Positions 44,856 through 52,367 of a DNA stretch of 52,367 bases are shown here, one piece after another. Both the position numbers and the translations under genes were made by a program. This stretch comes from an uncultured Dehalococcoidaceae bacterium. Lineage in GTDB: Bacteria > Chloroflexota > Dehalococcoidia > Dehalococcoidales > RBG-16-60-22. Each line of letters opens with the position of its first letter. Positions within the stretch are counted from its first letter, which is position 1. Location of the stretch: assembly GCA_964468755.1 (NCBI GenBank), contig CAYXWH010000005.1, forward strand, positions 1 through 52,367. The letters run 5' to 3'. The notes under the pieces were generated by a model. The model did not search any database, was not told where the DNA came from, and worked only from the letters and a program-made list of their open reading frames with translations.

Positions 44856-46376
44856 ATGCTCGCCAAGGTAACCAGTTGTGCCGTTGTCGGGCTGGATGGA
44901 GCTATTGTCGAGGTTGAGGTTGATATTTCCAGCGGCTTGCCCGCCTTCACCATTGTCGGCTTGCCGGATGCTGCCGTTCAGGAGTCCAGGGAGCGGGTGC
45001 GCAGCGCCATCAGGAACTCAGGGTGTACCTTTCCCATGAAGCGAATCGTGGTCAATCTGGCACCGGCTGACCTCAAGAAGGCGGGGCCAGCGTATGATTT
45101 GCCGATTGCGGTCGGTATTCTGTTGAGTTCGGAGCAGGTTGCCGCTGAGGTCTCTCATATACTACTGGTCGGTGAGCTATCGCTGGATGGTGGCGTACGC
45201 CATACCAGTGGTGTCCTGCCTATGGTTGCCCTGGCTCACGATGAAGGTATATCTACAGTGATTGTTCCTGAGCCTGATGCCGGAGAGGCTTCATTAATCG
45301 AGGGCGTGAAGATTATCCCGGTGAACTCACTGTCCCAGCTGGTCAGTTATCTACGCGATGAAATCACTATCCCGGAGTACCAGTCTGACCATGTCTGGGA
45401 TGATTTTATACCATCTTCCGGGGCTGGTGATCTGGCGCATATCAAGGGCCAGGAGCATGTGAAGCGGGCATTGGAAGTGGCGGCTGCCGGTGGACATAAT
45501 CTTATCATGTGCGGACCGCCGGGCAGTGGCAAGACCATGCTGGCCCGGGCATTGCCGTCAATATTGCCGCCGATGACTGCCGCTGAGGCCCTGGAAGTAA
45601 CCAAGGTCTACAGTGTCAGCGGGTTATTGCCTTCCGATACGCCGTTAATCAGGCAGAGGCCATTCCGCGCTCCTCACTATACTGTTTCCCATGCCGGTCT
45701 GGTGGGGGGTGGGCACTGGCCGAAGCCGGGTGAGGTAAGCCTCAGCCACCGGGGAATACTGTTCCTCGACGAGCTTCCCGAGTTTGGTCATTCCCTGCTG
45801 GAAGTACTGCGCCAGCCTCTGGAGGACAAGCTGGTGTCCATCAGTCGGGCGCAGGGCAGGGTGACCTTCCCGGCGAACTTCATGCTGGTGGGGGCGATGA
45901 ATCCCTGCCCCTGTGGCTACTACGGGGATCCTGTACGGCAGTGTACCTGTCCGCCCGGTCTGGTTTCCCGCTACCAGCGGCGTATCAGTGGTCCGTTCAT
46001 TGACCGGGTTGACATTTTTATTGAAGTGCCGCGCATTGACTACGAGAAGCTGGCTGATAACCGGTTAGGAGAGCCCTCGGCAGCGGTGCAGTCGAGGGTT
46101 ACCGCGGCGCGCTCCCGGCAACTTGAGCGTTTTACGGAGACCCGCTTGACATGCAATGCCGAGATGACACCGAGCGCGATATGGGAGTTCTGTCCCATGG
46201 AGGATTCTGCCCAGAGCCTGCTGCAGGCAGCCATGAAACAGCTTTACCTTTCGGCGAGGGCATTCCACCGTGTTATCAAATTGGCGCGCACTATCGCTGA
46301 CCTGGAAAATTCTGGTATAATTAAAGCTCACCATGTAGCTGAGGCTATTCAGTACCGGCCGCGGACACTGATATAA
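44856..46376 (+). CDS. comM: YifB/ComM Mg-chelatase-like AAA+ ATPase
   Basis: GLPDAAVQESRERV, NLAPADLKK, GPPGSGKT, RPFRAPH, LFLDELPEF, AMNPCPCG, RISGP; AAGGAG Shine-Dalgarno before 44856. Confidence 0.92.
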   Translation: MLAKVTSCAVVGLDGAIVEVEVDISSGLPAFTIVGLPDAAVQESRERVRSAIRNSGCTFPMKRIVVNLAPADLKKAGPAYDLPIAVGILLSSEQVAAEVSHILLVGELSLDGGVRHTSGVLPMVALAHDEGISTVIVPEPDAGEASLIEGVKIIPVNSLSQLVSYLRDEITIPEYQSDHVWDDFIPSSGAGDLAHIKGQEHVKRALEVAAAGGHNLIMCGPPGSGKTMLARALPSILPPMTAAEALEVTKVYSVSGLLPSDTPLIRQRPFRAPHYTVSHAGLVGGGHWPKPGEVSLSHRGILFLDELPEFGHSLLEVLRQPLEDKLVSISRAQGRVTFPANFMLVGAMNPCPCGYYGDPVRQCTCPPGLVSRYQRRISGPFIDRVDIFIEVPRIDYEKLADNRLGEPSAAVQSRVTAARSRQLERFTETRLTCNAEMTPSAIWEFCPMEDSAQSLLQAAMKQLYLSARAFHRVIKLARTIADLENSGIIKAHHVAEAIQYRPRTLI

Positions 46377-46429
46377 GCATTTGTTTGCCAGCCGAGTCTG
46401 GCTTTTGGTGATGCACTGAGGAGGAAGAA

Positions 46430-46933
46430 ATGATGGAACAGTTGAAACATACCAAGAAGTGGCTGCCGCTGGTGCTGGTTATCGTTCTGATGGCGGTTTT
46501 ACCGTGCCTGGTGACCGGATGTGAGGACTTTCAAATTGCTCCGCCGGCCGGAGAGGAGGCGCCGGAGGAGGTAACGCCGCCTCCCGCCACCATTATCCTT
46601 ACCAAGGACCGGGCGATCCTGGCGGTATATGAACATCTGCTGATTCAGGCGGAAAGTCACGAAGCGAAAGGGTACCTCGCCGATTTCTACGCCGCCTGCG
46701 ATAACTGGACTGCTCAGTCGGAGTATTTCAAAGACGGTTCCGGTATCTGGTATGTTGCGGTTGATATGACCTCGATTGAGTCCTGGGAGCTGAGGGCATA
46801 CTGGCAACAGGCCGGCTGGTTTGTTTTTCGGGAAGGAAAGGTATTACCGGCAAGTCAACTTGAAGCCAACGCGTTGCGGATTGAAGCCGACCTGCAGGAG
46901 CTGAGCCTAATCCCTGAGCCTGACGAGGAATAA
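46430..46933 (+). CDS. Hypothetical lipoprotein
   Basis: Basic N-terminus, hydrophobic stretch, LVTGC lipobox; AGGAGG Shine-Dalgarno. Confidence 0.65.
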   Translation: MMEQLKHTKKWLPLVLVIVLMAVLPCLVTGCEDFQIAPPAGEEAPEEVTPPPATIILTKDRAILAVYEHLLIQAESHEAKGYLADFYAACDNWTAQSEYFKDGSGIWYVAVDMTSIESWELRAYWQQAGWFVFREGKVLPASQLEANALRIEADLQELSLIPEPDEE

Positions 46934-46959
46934 CCGGGGTGGCTGACTGAAAATTGATA

Positions 46960-47220
46960 CTAGGCCATTAACCAGTAAACCAGCCCTATCACCAGCAGCA
47001 CCGCGCCAATAGCAATGGCTATCCAGCCGCCGGTTTTTGAAGCCCCCGGCTGAGGGCGCGGCGGCCAGTGCGCTATGAATTCCCTAAGGTCATCGGTGCG
47101 GGTGGCAATAGTGTCAAAGTACCTTTTTTCTTCCTGCTTACCCCAGAAGAATGCTATCAGGCCAATTACCAGGAAAAACCCGCCCACACCCATCAGTATA
47201 AAGTATTCTCCAGCGGACAT
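46960..47220 (-). CDS. Small two-TM membrane protein, hypothetical
   Basis: Two hydrophobic helices around DLREF..HWPPRPQPG; has its own promoter. Confidence 0.7.
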   Translation of the reverse strand: MSAGEYFILMGVGGFFLVIGLIAFFWGKQEEKRYFDTIATRTDDLREFIAHWPPRPQPGASKTGGWIAIAIGAVLLVIGLVYWLMA

Positions 47221-47260
47221 AGCCTACTTTACTTCTTCACCAAGCAGTACCCCGGTGGTA

Positions 47261-47289
47261 ACTATATGCTATTTGCCGATTAGTTTCAA
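47261..47289 (-). promoter_or_regulatory. Promoter of the 86-aa gene
   Basis: TTGAAA-N17-TATAGT. Confidence 0.6.
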
Positions 47290-47310
47290 ATGGTGAACCG
47301 GCGCCGGTTT

Positions 47311-47847
47311 TTATTGAATTTCGGCAGTAGCCCCGGCGGCTTCCAGTTTCTGTTTCGCGGTGGTAGCTTCTTCCTTGTTCACCCCTTCTTTTACCGGCTT
47401 GGGGGCACCCTCCACCAGGTCTTTGGACTCCTTCAAGCCCAGCGAGGTTAACTCACGCACCGCCTTAATCACATTAATCTTGTTGGCGCCGATTTCCTTA
47501 AGAATTACGGTGAACTCGGTCTGCTCTTCAGCTTCGGCGGCCGGGCCGGCTGATGCCGCCTGGGCCGGGCCAGCTGCGGCTACCGGTACTGCGGCGCTTA
47601 CTCCGAACTCATTTTCTAACGCCTTGACCAGGTCCGCCAGTTCAAGAACTGTCATGTTCCGGATAGCCGCTATAATATCCTCGGTTGCGGCAGACTTTTT
47701 GGCTTTCTCGGCTTTGGCTGGAGCTGCTGAAGATTCAGCTTTTTCTGCCTTAGGCTGCTTGGCTGCCTCCGGGGCAGGGGCTTGCTCTTCAGCCGGAGCC
47801 GCTTGTTCGACTGTTTCCTGTACAGTTTCTACTTCGTTATCGGCCAT
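47311..47847 (-). CDS. rplL: 50S ribosomal protein L7/L12 with ~52-aa N-terminal extension
   Basis: [43 protein letters not shown]; ATG one base after the rplJ stop, with GGAGG Shine-Dalgarno. Confidence 0.95.
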   Translation of the reverse strand: MADNEVETVQETVEQAAPAEEQAPAPEAAKQPKAEKAESSAAPAKAEKAKKSAATEDIIAAIRNMTVLELADLVKALENEFGVSAAVPVAAAGPAQAASAGPAAEAEEQTEFTVILKEIGANKINVIKAVRELTSLGLKESKDLVEGAPKPVKEGVNKEEATTAKQKLEAAGATAEIQ

Positions 47848-47848
47848 T

Positions 47849-48373
47849 TTAGTTTCCCTCCAATTGTGTAATCCTTGCCTGTAATACCCCCATCATGCCG
47901 CGTACTGGACTTGCCAGAACGCTGACCAGATTGGTGATTGGACTTTTCATACCGCCGAGCAGCTGGCTGATTAAGATGTCTCTTGGTGGTAGTGAAGCCA
48001 GCTTCTCGATATCCGCTACGCTCAGTAGCCTGGAGCCCAGGAAGCCTCCCTTGAGGCTTAGCGTAGATTTTGATGTACGGATAAATTCGCTCAGCGCCTT
48101 GGCTGATTCGGTAATATTACCTTCGCCAAAGGCAATAGCTAACGGGCCCTGGAATGAGCTTGTCAGGTCGTCCCGGCCAGCCTTTTCCGCGGCGAAGCGG
48201 GCCAGAGTATTTTTTACCACTTTATATTCAATATTGACCTGGTTTAGTTGACGCCGTAAGCCGTTTATCTCGCCGGCGGTTAGCCCCCGGTAATCGGTCA
48301 AAATAGCATGGCTTGAGGTGGTAAATACCTCCGTTAGCTGGTCAATAACCTGGGCCTTGTTTTCTCGGTGCAT
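47849..48373 (-). CDS. rplJ: 50S ribosomal protein L10
   Basis: [38 protein letters not shown] motifs. Confidence 0.95.
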   Translation of the reverse strand: MHRENKAQVIDQLTEVFTTSSHAILTDYRGLTAGEINGLRRQLNQVNIEYKVVKNTLARFAAEKAGRDDLTSSFQGPLAIAFGEGNITESAKALSEFIRTSKSTLSLKGGFLGSRLLSVADIEKLASLPPRDILISQLLGGMKSPITNLVSVLASPVRGMMGVLQARITQLEGN

Positions 48374-48409
48374 GGCTGTCTACCTCCTGCTCTAGCCCCC
48401 GTTATATCT

Positions 48410-48527
48410 CACCGTAAAAAAATAAATCCTTGTGCATGCACAAGGAACAATCAGCTCACAAACGAGCATTCTGATTTCCTCGGCAGGCACAATTTAAGCT
48501 TTATTCAGCACCCGCTGTCTCAGGAAT
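48410..48527 (-). ncRNA. Ribosomal protein L10 leader (cis-regulatory RNA) with terminator-like hairpin
   Basis: CUGAGACAGCGGGUG...UUAAAUUGUGCCUGCCGAGG core (48478-48524); 20-bp palindrome TCCTTGTGCATGCACAAGGA (48427-48446) followed by a U-tract on the minus strand. Confidence 0.75.
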
Positions 48528-48580
48528 ATTCAATTATACCCGGTATTAGTGTAGCACATTTTTGCCCGGCGGTAAACAGG

Positions 48581-49294
48581 CTAGCCGGCGCTGAGTGCCA
48601 GTGTGGAGTTGAGGTCAAGCCGGATACCCGGCCCCATGGTAGTGGTCAGGTAGGCGCTTTTAATATACTGGCCCTTGGCACCGCTGGGTTTCGCTTTTAC
48701 CACCGCTTCAATGATTGCCGACAGATTTTCCAGGAGCTTGGCGTCTTCAAAGCTGACCTTGCCCAGCGGAAGGTGAATAATTGCCGTCCGGTCCAGTTTG
48801 AATTCCACCCGCCCCTTGCGGGCATCTTCGATTACTCTGGGCAGGTTCTCCGCAGTGACCACAGTGCCTGACTTGGGGTTGGGCATGAGACCTCGCCGGC
48901 CCAGTATTTTGCCGAGCTTGCCTACCTTGCCCATCATGTCCGGCGTGGCCATAGCGGTATCGAATTCCAGCCAGCCATCCTCAATCTTCTTAATCAGTTC
49001 GTCGCCGCCAGTATAATCGGCTCCCGCCGTTTCGGCGATTTTTTCCGCTTCTCCCTGAGCGAAAACAAGAACTCTAACCTTCTTGCCCAGCCCGCTGGGA
49101 AGCAGTGCCACTCCGCGAACCTGCTGACTGGCATTTCTGGGGTCGAGACCCATGCGCAGGTGGAGTTCCACCGTCTCATCGAAGTTGGCCTGAGCCGCTT
49201 TTTGAGCAAGCTCGATAGCCTCCTGCGGCGAGTACGCCTTTGTCTTTTCAAGTAGTGCTACTGATTCGTAATATTTCTTCCCGTGTTTGGTCAT
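48581..49294 (-). CDS. rplA: 50S ribosomal protein L1
   Basis: [35 protein letters not shown]; alternative GTG start at 49300. Confidence 0.97.
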   Translation of the reverse strand: MTKHGKKYYESVALLEKTKAYSPQEAIELAQKAAQANFDETVELHLRMGLDPRNASQQVRGVALLPSGLGKKVRVLVFAQGEAEKIAETAGADYTGGDELIKKIEDGWLEFDTAMATPDMMGKVGKLGKILGRRGLMPNPKSGTVVTAENLPRVIEDARKGRVEFKLDRTAIIHLPLGKVSFEDAKLLENLSAIIEAVVKAKPSGAKGQYIKSAYLTTTMGPGIRLDLNSTLALSAG

Positions 49295-49296
49295 TG

Positions 49297-49719
49297 TCAC
49301 TTCACCTTAATGCCCATGCTCCGGGCGGTGCCCTCAATAATTCGTTCCGCGTCTTCGATGCTATTCGCATTTAAGTCCTTGGCTTTTATTTCGGCTATTT
49401 CACGAAGTTTCTCTCTGGGCAGTGTGCCGGCATTCTCGTGACTGGTGGTGCCGCTTCCCTTTTCAATGCCCAGCGCCTTTTTCAGTAAGTCGGTAGCCGG
49501 GGGCGTTTTGGTGATGAAGGAAAATGAACGGTCTTCATATACGGTAATTTCCACCGGAATAATTGAGCCAGTCTGGCTGGAGGTGCGTTCGTTGTACTCC
49601 TTGCAGAATCCCATAATGTTGACCCCATGCTGTCCCAGGGCAGGGCCGACCGGTGGCGCCGGGTTTGCCTGTCCAGCCTGAATCTGTAGTTTAATGATTG
49701 CCCTCACCTTTTTTGCCAT
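49297..49719 (-). CDS. rplK: 50S ribosomal protein L11
   Basis: [33 protein letters not shown] motifs. Confidence 0.98.
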   Translation of the reverse strand: MAKKVRAIIKLQIQAGQANPAPPVGPALGQHGVNIMGFCKEYNERTSSQTGSIIPVEITVYEDRSFSFITKTPPATDLLKKALGIEKGSGTTSHENAGTLPREKLREIAEIKAKDLNANSIEDAERIIEGTARSMGIKVK

Positions 49720-49737
49720 GTTGACTCCTCAAGAGAG

Positions 49738-50271
49738 TTACAGTTTTTCTACCTGTAAAAAGTCAAGTTCTACTGCCGTTTCTTTCCCAAAGAGAGACAG
49801 CAGCACCTTAACCTTCCCTTTTCCCATGTTTATTTCATCGACCACACCGACAAAATCGATAAACGGGCCATCGGTCACCCGGACACTCTGTCCGCGGCGG
49901 AAACCAACCTTCACCCGTGGTGCTTCGGCTTCCATTTGTTTCAGAATATCACTTACCTCGTTCTCGGCGAGTGGTGTCGGTTTGCCACCACTGCCGGCGA
50001 ATCCGGTCACGCCAGGGGTGTTGCGTACCAGGTCCCAGCTCTTGTTGGTCATTACCATTTGAACCAGGACGTAACCGGGAAGTATTTTTCTGGTTACCGT
50101 GCGCCGGCGCCCACTCCTGACCTCAATTTCGTCCTCGGTAGGTATCACTATCTGGAGGACATCATTTTCTGAGTCCATGAACTTGACGCGCTGCTCTAAA
50201 TTCTTTTTAACGCGATCTTCCTGCCCTGAGTAAGTGTGAATCACGTACCAGTGCTTTTCGTTCTCAACCAC
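49738..50271 (-). CDS. nusG: Transcription termination/antitermination factor NusG
   Basis: WYVIHTYSGQE, PGYVLV, VRNTPGVTGF, KOW domain VRVTDGPF. Confidence 0.97.
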   Translation of the reverse strand: MVENEKHWYVIHTYSGQEDRVKKNLEQRVKFMDSENDVLQIVIPTEDEIEVRSGRRRTVTRKILPGYVLVQMVMTNKSWDLVRNTPGVTGFAGSGGKPTPLAENEVSDILKQMEAEAPRVKVGFRRGQSVRVTDGPFIDFVGVVDEINMGKGKVKVLLSLFGKETAVELDFLQVEKL

Positions 50272-50360
50272 ATCTACCTCATTGCCGGCATACGTTGAAA
50301 AAAAAGAAAACTAGCCATCGATTGATTAGCTCGCGTTCAACCGGGGAACGCAGTAGCTAT

Positions 50361-50579
50361 TCATTGCCCCAGCATAACCTCATCGACCAGGGTAGTAAAG
50401 CCATAATCCAGTGCTCCCAGGATTATACCTACGGCAAGGGCGACAACCAGCACCAGAACGGTTAAGTAGGCGGCTTCACGCCTGGTGAGCCAGACAACTT
50501 TCTTTAATTCATTAATAATCTCACCGATATACCGAAAAAGCCTTATACCGCCTCTTTTGGTAGCCGCCTGGTGTGTCAT
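50361..50579 (-). CDS. secE: Preprotein translocase SecE
   Basis: ELKKVVWLTRREA plus one TM; operon position. Confidence 0.92.
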   Translation of the reverse strand: MTHQAATKRGGIRLFRYIGEIINELKKVVWLTRREAAYLTVLVLVVALAVGIILGALDYGFTTLVDEVMLGQ

Positions 50580-50614
50580 TGACGAAACCCCGCACATCCT
50601 TTAGGAGCGTGGTG

Positions 50615-50782
50615 CTACTTTGCCTCACGATGCAGTGTATGAACACGGCAACGGGGACAATACTTCTTTAGCTCCAGTCTCTGGGTGTCATTCCTTCTGT
50701 TTTTACTGGTTGTATAGGTCCTTTCCTTGCACTCGCTACAGGCAAGGTAAATGATTCCTCTTGCTTCCGCTTTCCTAGCCAT
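50615..50782 (-). CDS. rpmG: 50S ribosomal protein L33 (zinc-binding form), absent from the ORF track
   Basis: Manual translation [55 protein letters not shown]. Confidence 0.95.
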   Translation of the reverse strand: MARKAEARGIIYLACSECKERTYTTSKNRRNDTQRLELKKYCPRCRVHTLHREAK

Positions 50783-50785
50783 AAT

Positions 50786-51991
50786 TTACTCTATAATCTT
50801 GGTAACGGTGCCGGCACCTACCGTTCTCCCTCCCTCACGGATGGCAAAGCGTAAACCTTGCTCCAGGGCTACCGGGTAGAGAAGCTTGATCTTCATGTTA
50901 ACGTTATCACCGGGCATGACCATCTCCATACCTTGCGGGAGCTCGATGGAGCCGGTGACATCAGTGGTCCTGATATAGAACTGTGGTTTGTAACCGTTGA
51001 AGAACGGGGTATGCCTTCCGCCCTCTTCCTTGGTCAGGACATACACGTTAGCTTCAGCCTGGGTATGCGGTTTGATGGTACCCGGTGCCGCCAGTACCTG
51101 ACCTCGCTCGAGGTCCTCCCGTTCCACGCCACGGAGGAGACAGCCGACGGCGTCTCCGGCTTCGGCATAATCAAGCGTCTTGTGAAACATCTCAAGACCG
51201 GTCACCACCACCTTGCGCGGCTCATGGTGCAAGCCCACTATCTCAACCTCGTCTCCGGACTTGAGTGAGCCTCGCTCGACTCTACCGGTAGGCACGGTAC
51301 CACGGCCCTTGATGCTGAACACGTCTTCTACCGGCATCAGGAACGGCTGGTCCTTGGGGCGCACCGGCAGCGGGATATAGTCATCGACGGCGTCCATCAG
51401 TTTCAAAATAGAACCGCACCACGGGCATTCCGGCTTGCCACAGCCGCATTCCAGTGCTTTCAAAGCGCTCACCCGTACTACCGGTATCTCGTCGCCAGGG
51501 AACTCGTATTTGTTGAGCAGGTCTCTTACTTCTACTTCTACCAGCTCCAGAAGTTCCTCGTCGTCCATCATGTCAACTTTGTTGAGGGCGACGACGATAC
51601 TGGGGACCTGTACCTGGCGCGCCAGCAGGATATGCTCTCTGGTTTGAGGCATCGGCCCATCAGGAGCACTCACCACCAGTATGGTTCCATCCATCTGGGC
51701 GGCGCCGGTAATCATGTTCTTAATATAGTCGGCATGCCCCGGACAATCGACGTGAGCATAATGCCGCTTTGCTGTCTCATATTCGATGTGGGCGATGGCA
51801 ATAGTCAAACCACGCGCCTTTTCCTCTGGCGCATTGTCAATGCTGTCAAAAGTGCGATATGACGTGCTGCCAAGCGCCTTCGATAACGTCATGGTTATCG
51901 CCGAAGTAAGTGTGGTTTTCCCGTGGTCAACATGACCGATGGTGCCCACATTAACATGTGGTTTGGTGCGATCAAATTTCTGTTTAGCCAT
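50786..51991 (-). CDS. tuf: Elongation factor Tu
   Basis: [38 protein letters not shown] motifs. Confidence 0.99.
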   Translation of the reverse strand: MAKQKFDRTKPHVNVGTIGHVDHGKTTLTSAITMTLSKALGSTSYRTFDSIDNAPEEKARGLTIAIAHIEYETAKRHYAHVDCPGHADYIKNMITGAAQMDGTILVVSAPDGPMPQTREHILLARQVQVPSIVVALNKVDMMDDEELLELVEVEVRDLLNKYEFPGDEIPVVRVSALKALECGCGKPECPWCGSILKLMDAVDDYIPLPVRPKDQPFLMPVEDVFSIKGRGTVPTGRVERGSLKSGDEVEIVGLHHEPRKVVVTGLEMFHKTLDYAEAGDAVGCLLRGVEREDLERGQVLAAPGTIKPHTQAEANVYVLTKEEGGRHTPFFNGYKPQFYIRTTDVTGSIELPQGMEMVMPGDNVNMKIKLLYPVALEQGLRFAIREGGRTVGAGTVTKIIE

Positions 51992-52176
51992 TTCAACCTC
52001 CGTTTATTGCATGCCCACAACCAGAGCCGAACCGGTATATTCCTGTTCTCCCAGGGAACAACTCAACCGGCTCTCTTCTGACCGTGCCTCCTATCGATAA
52101 CATACTATCATATCACAACGCTTTCAAGCAATGCAATATTAGCGCCCATCCTGCTTAAACGGGGATAAACTCCAAA

Positions 52177-52248
52177 AGCCGCAGAGTGGAATCGAACCAC
52201 CAACCTCACCCTTACCAAGGGTGTGCTCTACCATTGAGCTACTGCGGC
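52177..52248 (-). tRNA. tRNA-Thr(GGT)
   Basis: GCCGCAGTAGCTCAATGGTAGAGCACACCCTTGGTAAGGGTGAGGTTGGTGGTTCGATTCCACTCTGCGGCT folds as a cloverleaf; CCA not encoded. Confidence 0.97.
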
Positions 52249-52314
52249 GTGAAGGTAACACTCTCCGAAATGTTACTTATATCTCTACCGACTCGGAATC
52301 ATTCTAATTTCAGG

Positions 52315-52367
52315 TGGTGGAGGGGGCAGGATTCGAACCTGCGTAGCCCTTAGGGCGGCAGATTTAC
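52315..52367 (-). tRNA. tRNA-Tyr(GTA), 3' half only (5' half outside the window)
   Basis: GTA AATCTGCC, long variable arm, GGTTCGAATCC, CCTCCACCA. Confidence 0.88.

Noticed and set aside
47360-48871. 174-aa plus-strand ORF and 167-aa minus-strand ORF near rplL/rplJ
   Set aside because: The first is the antisense of rplL; the second is an alternative frame across rplA and the L10 leader
1-52367. CRISPR arrays, IS elements, prophage, rRNA, c-di-GMP riboswitch
   Set aside because: No repeat-spacer periodicity, transposase or phage genes, rRNA sequence or GEMM-like motif was recognised by eye; an Infernal/Rfam scan would be needed to exclude riboswitches fully

Overview
Core-chromosome segment of a probable Dehalococcoidia (Chloroflexota) bacterium. 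The lineage call is inferred from the alpha2-type GlyRS, the Cys-rich EF-Tu insert, the tuf-rpmG-secE-nusG-rplKAJL block not followed by rpoB, and a type IV pilus locus with no secretin gene in the window. The left part (1-11 kb) holds housekeeping, repair and small enzymes: glyQS, a Moco oxidoreductase, xth, two HAD hydrolases, DUF72, TrmH, dodecin, a DRG-like GTPase and uvrC, plus two apparent gene remnants. The centre (11.3-27.4 kb) is the most interesting part. A type IV pilus locus (pilB, pilC, three minor pilins, PilO-like, fused PilM-PilN, pilT, major pilin, pilD) runs directly into a co-oriented putative signalling cassette: winged-HTH, RHH-like protein, GH3 acyl-amido synthetase, membrane GAF-GAF-GGDEF-HD-GYP protein and an atypical NarL/LuxR regulator. 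The right part holds UPF0182, an MFS transporter, xerD, pcm, a SpoIIM-like protein, EF-G2, a NEW3/ABC exporter trio, etfAB, prfA-prmC, a PAP2-like protein, an unlisted 52-aa membrane protein with its own terminator, comM/yifB, the ribosomal protein cluster (L7/L12 with an unusual N-terminal extension, L10 leader RNA), tuf, tRNA-Thr and a partial tRNA-Tyr. No CRISPR array, IS element or prophage was seen. All family assignments come from motif recognition by eye, not database searches.
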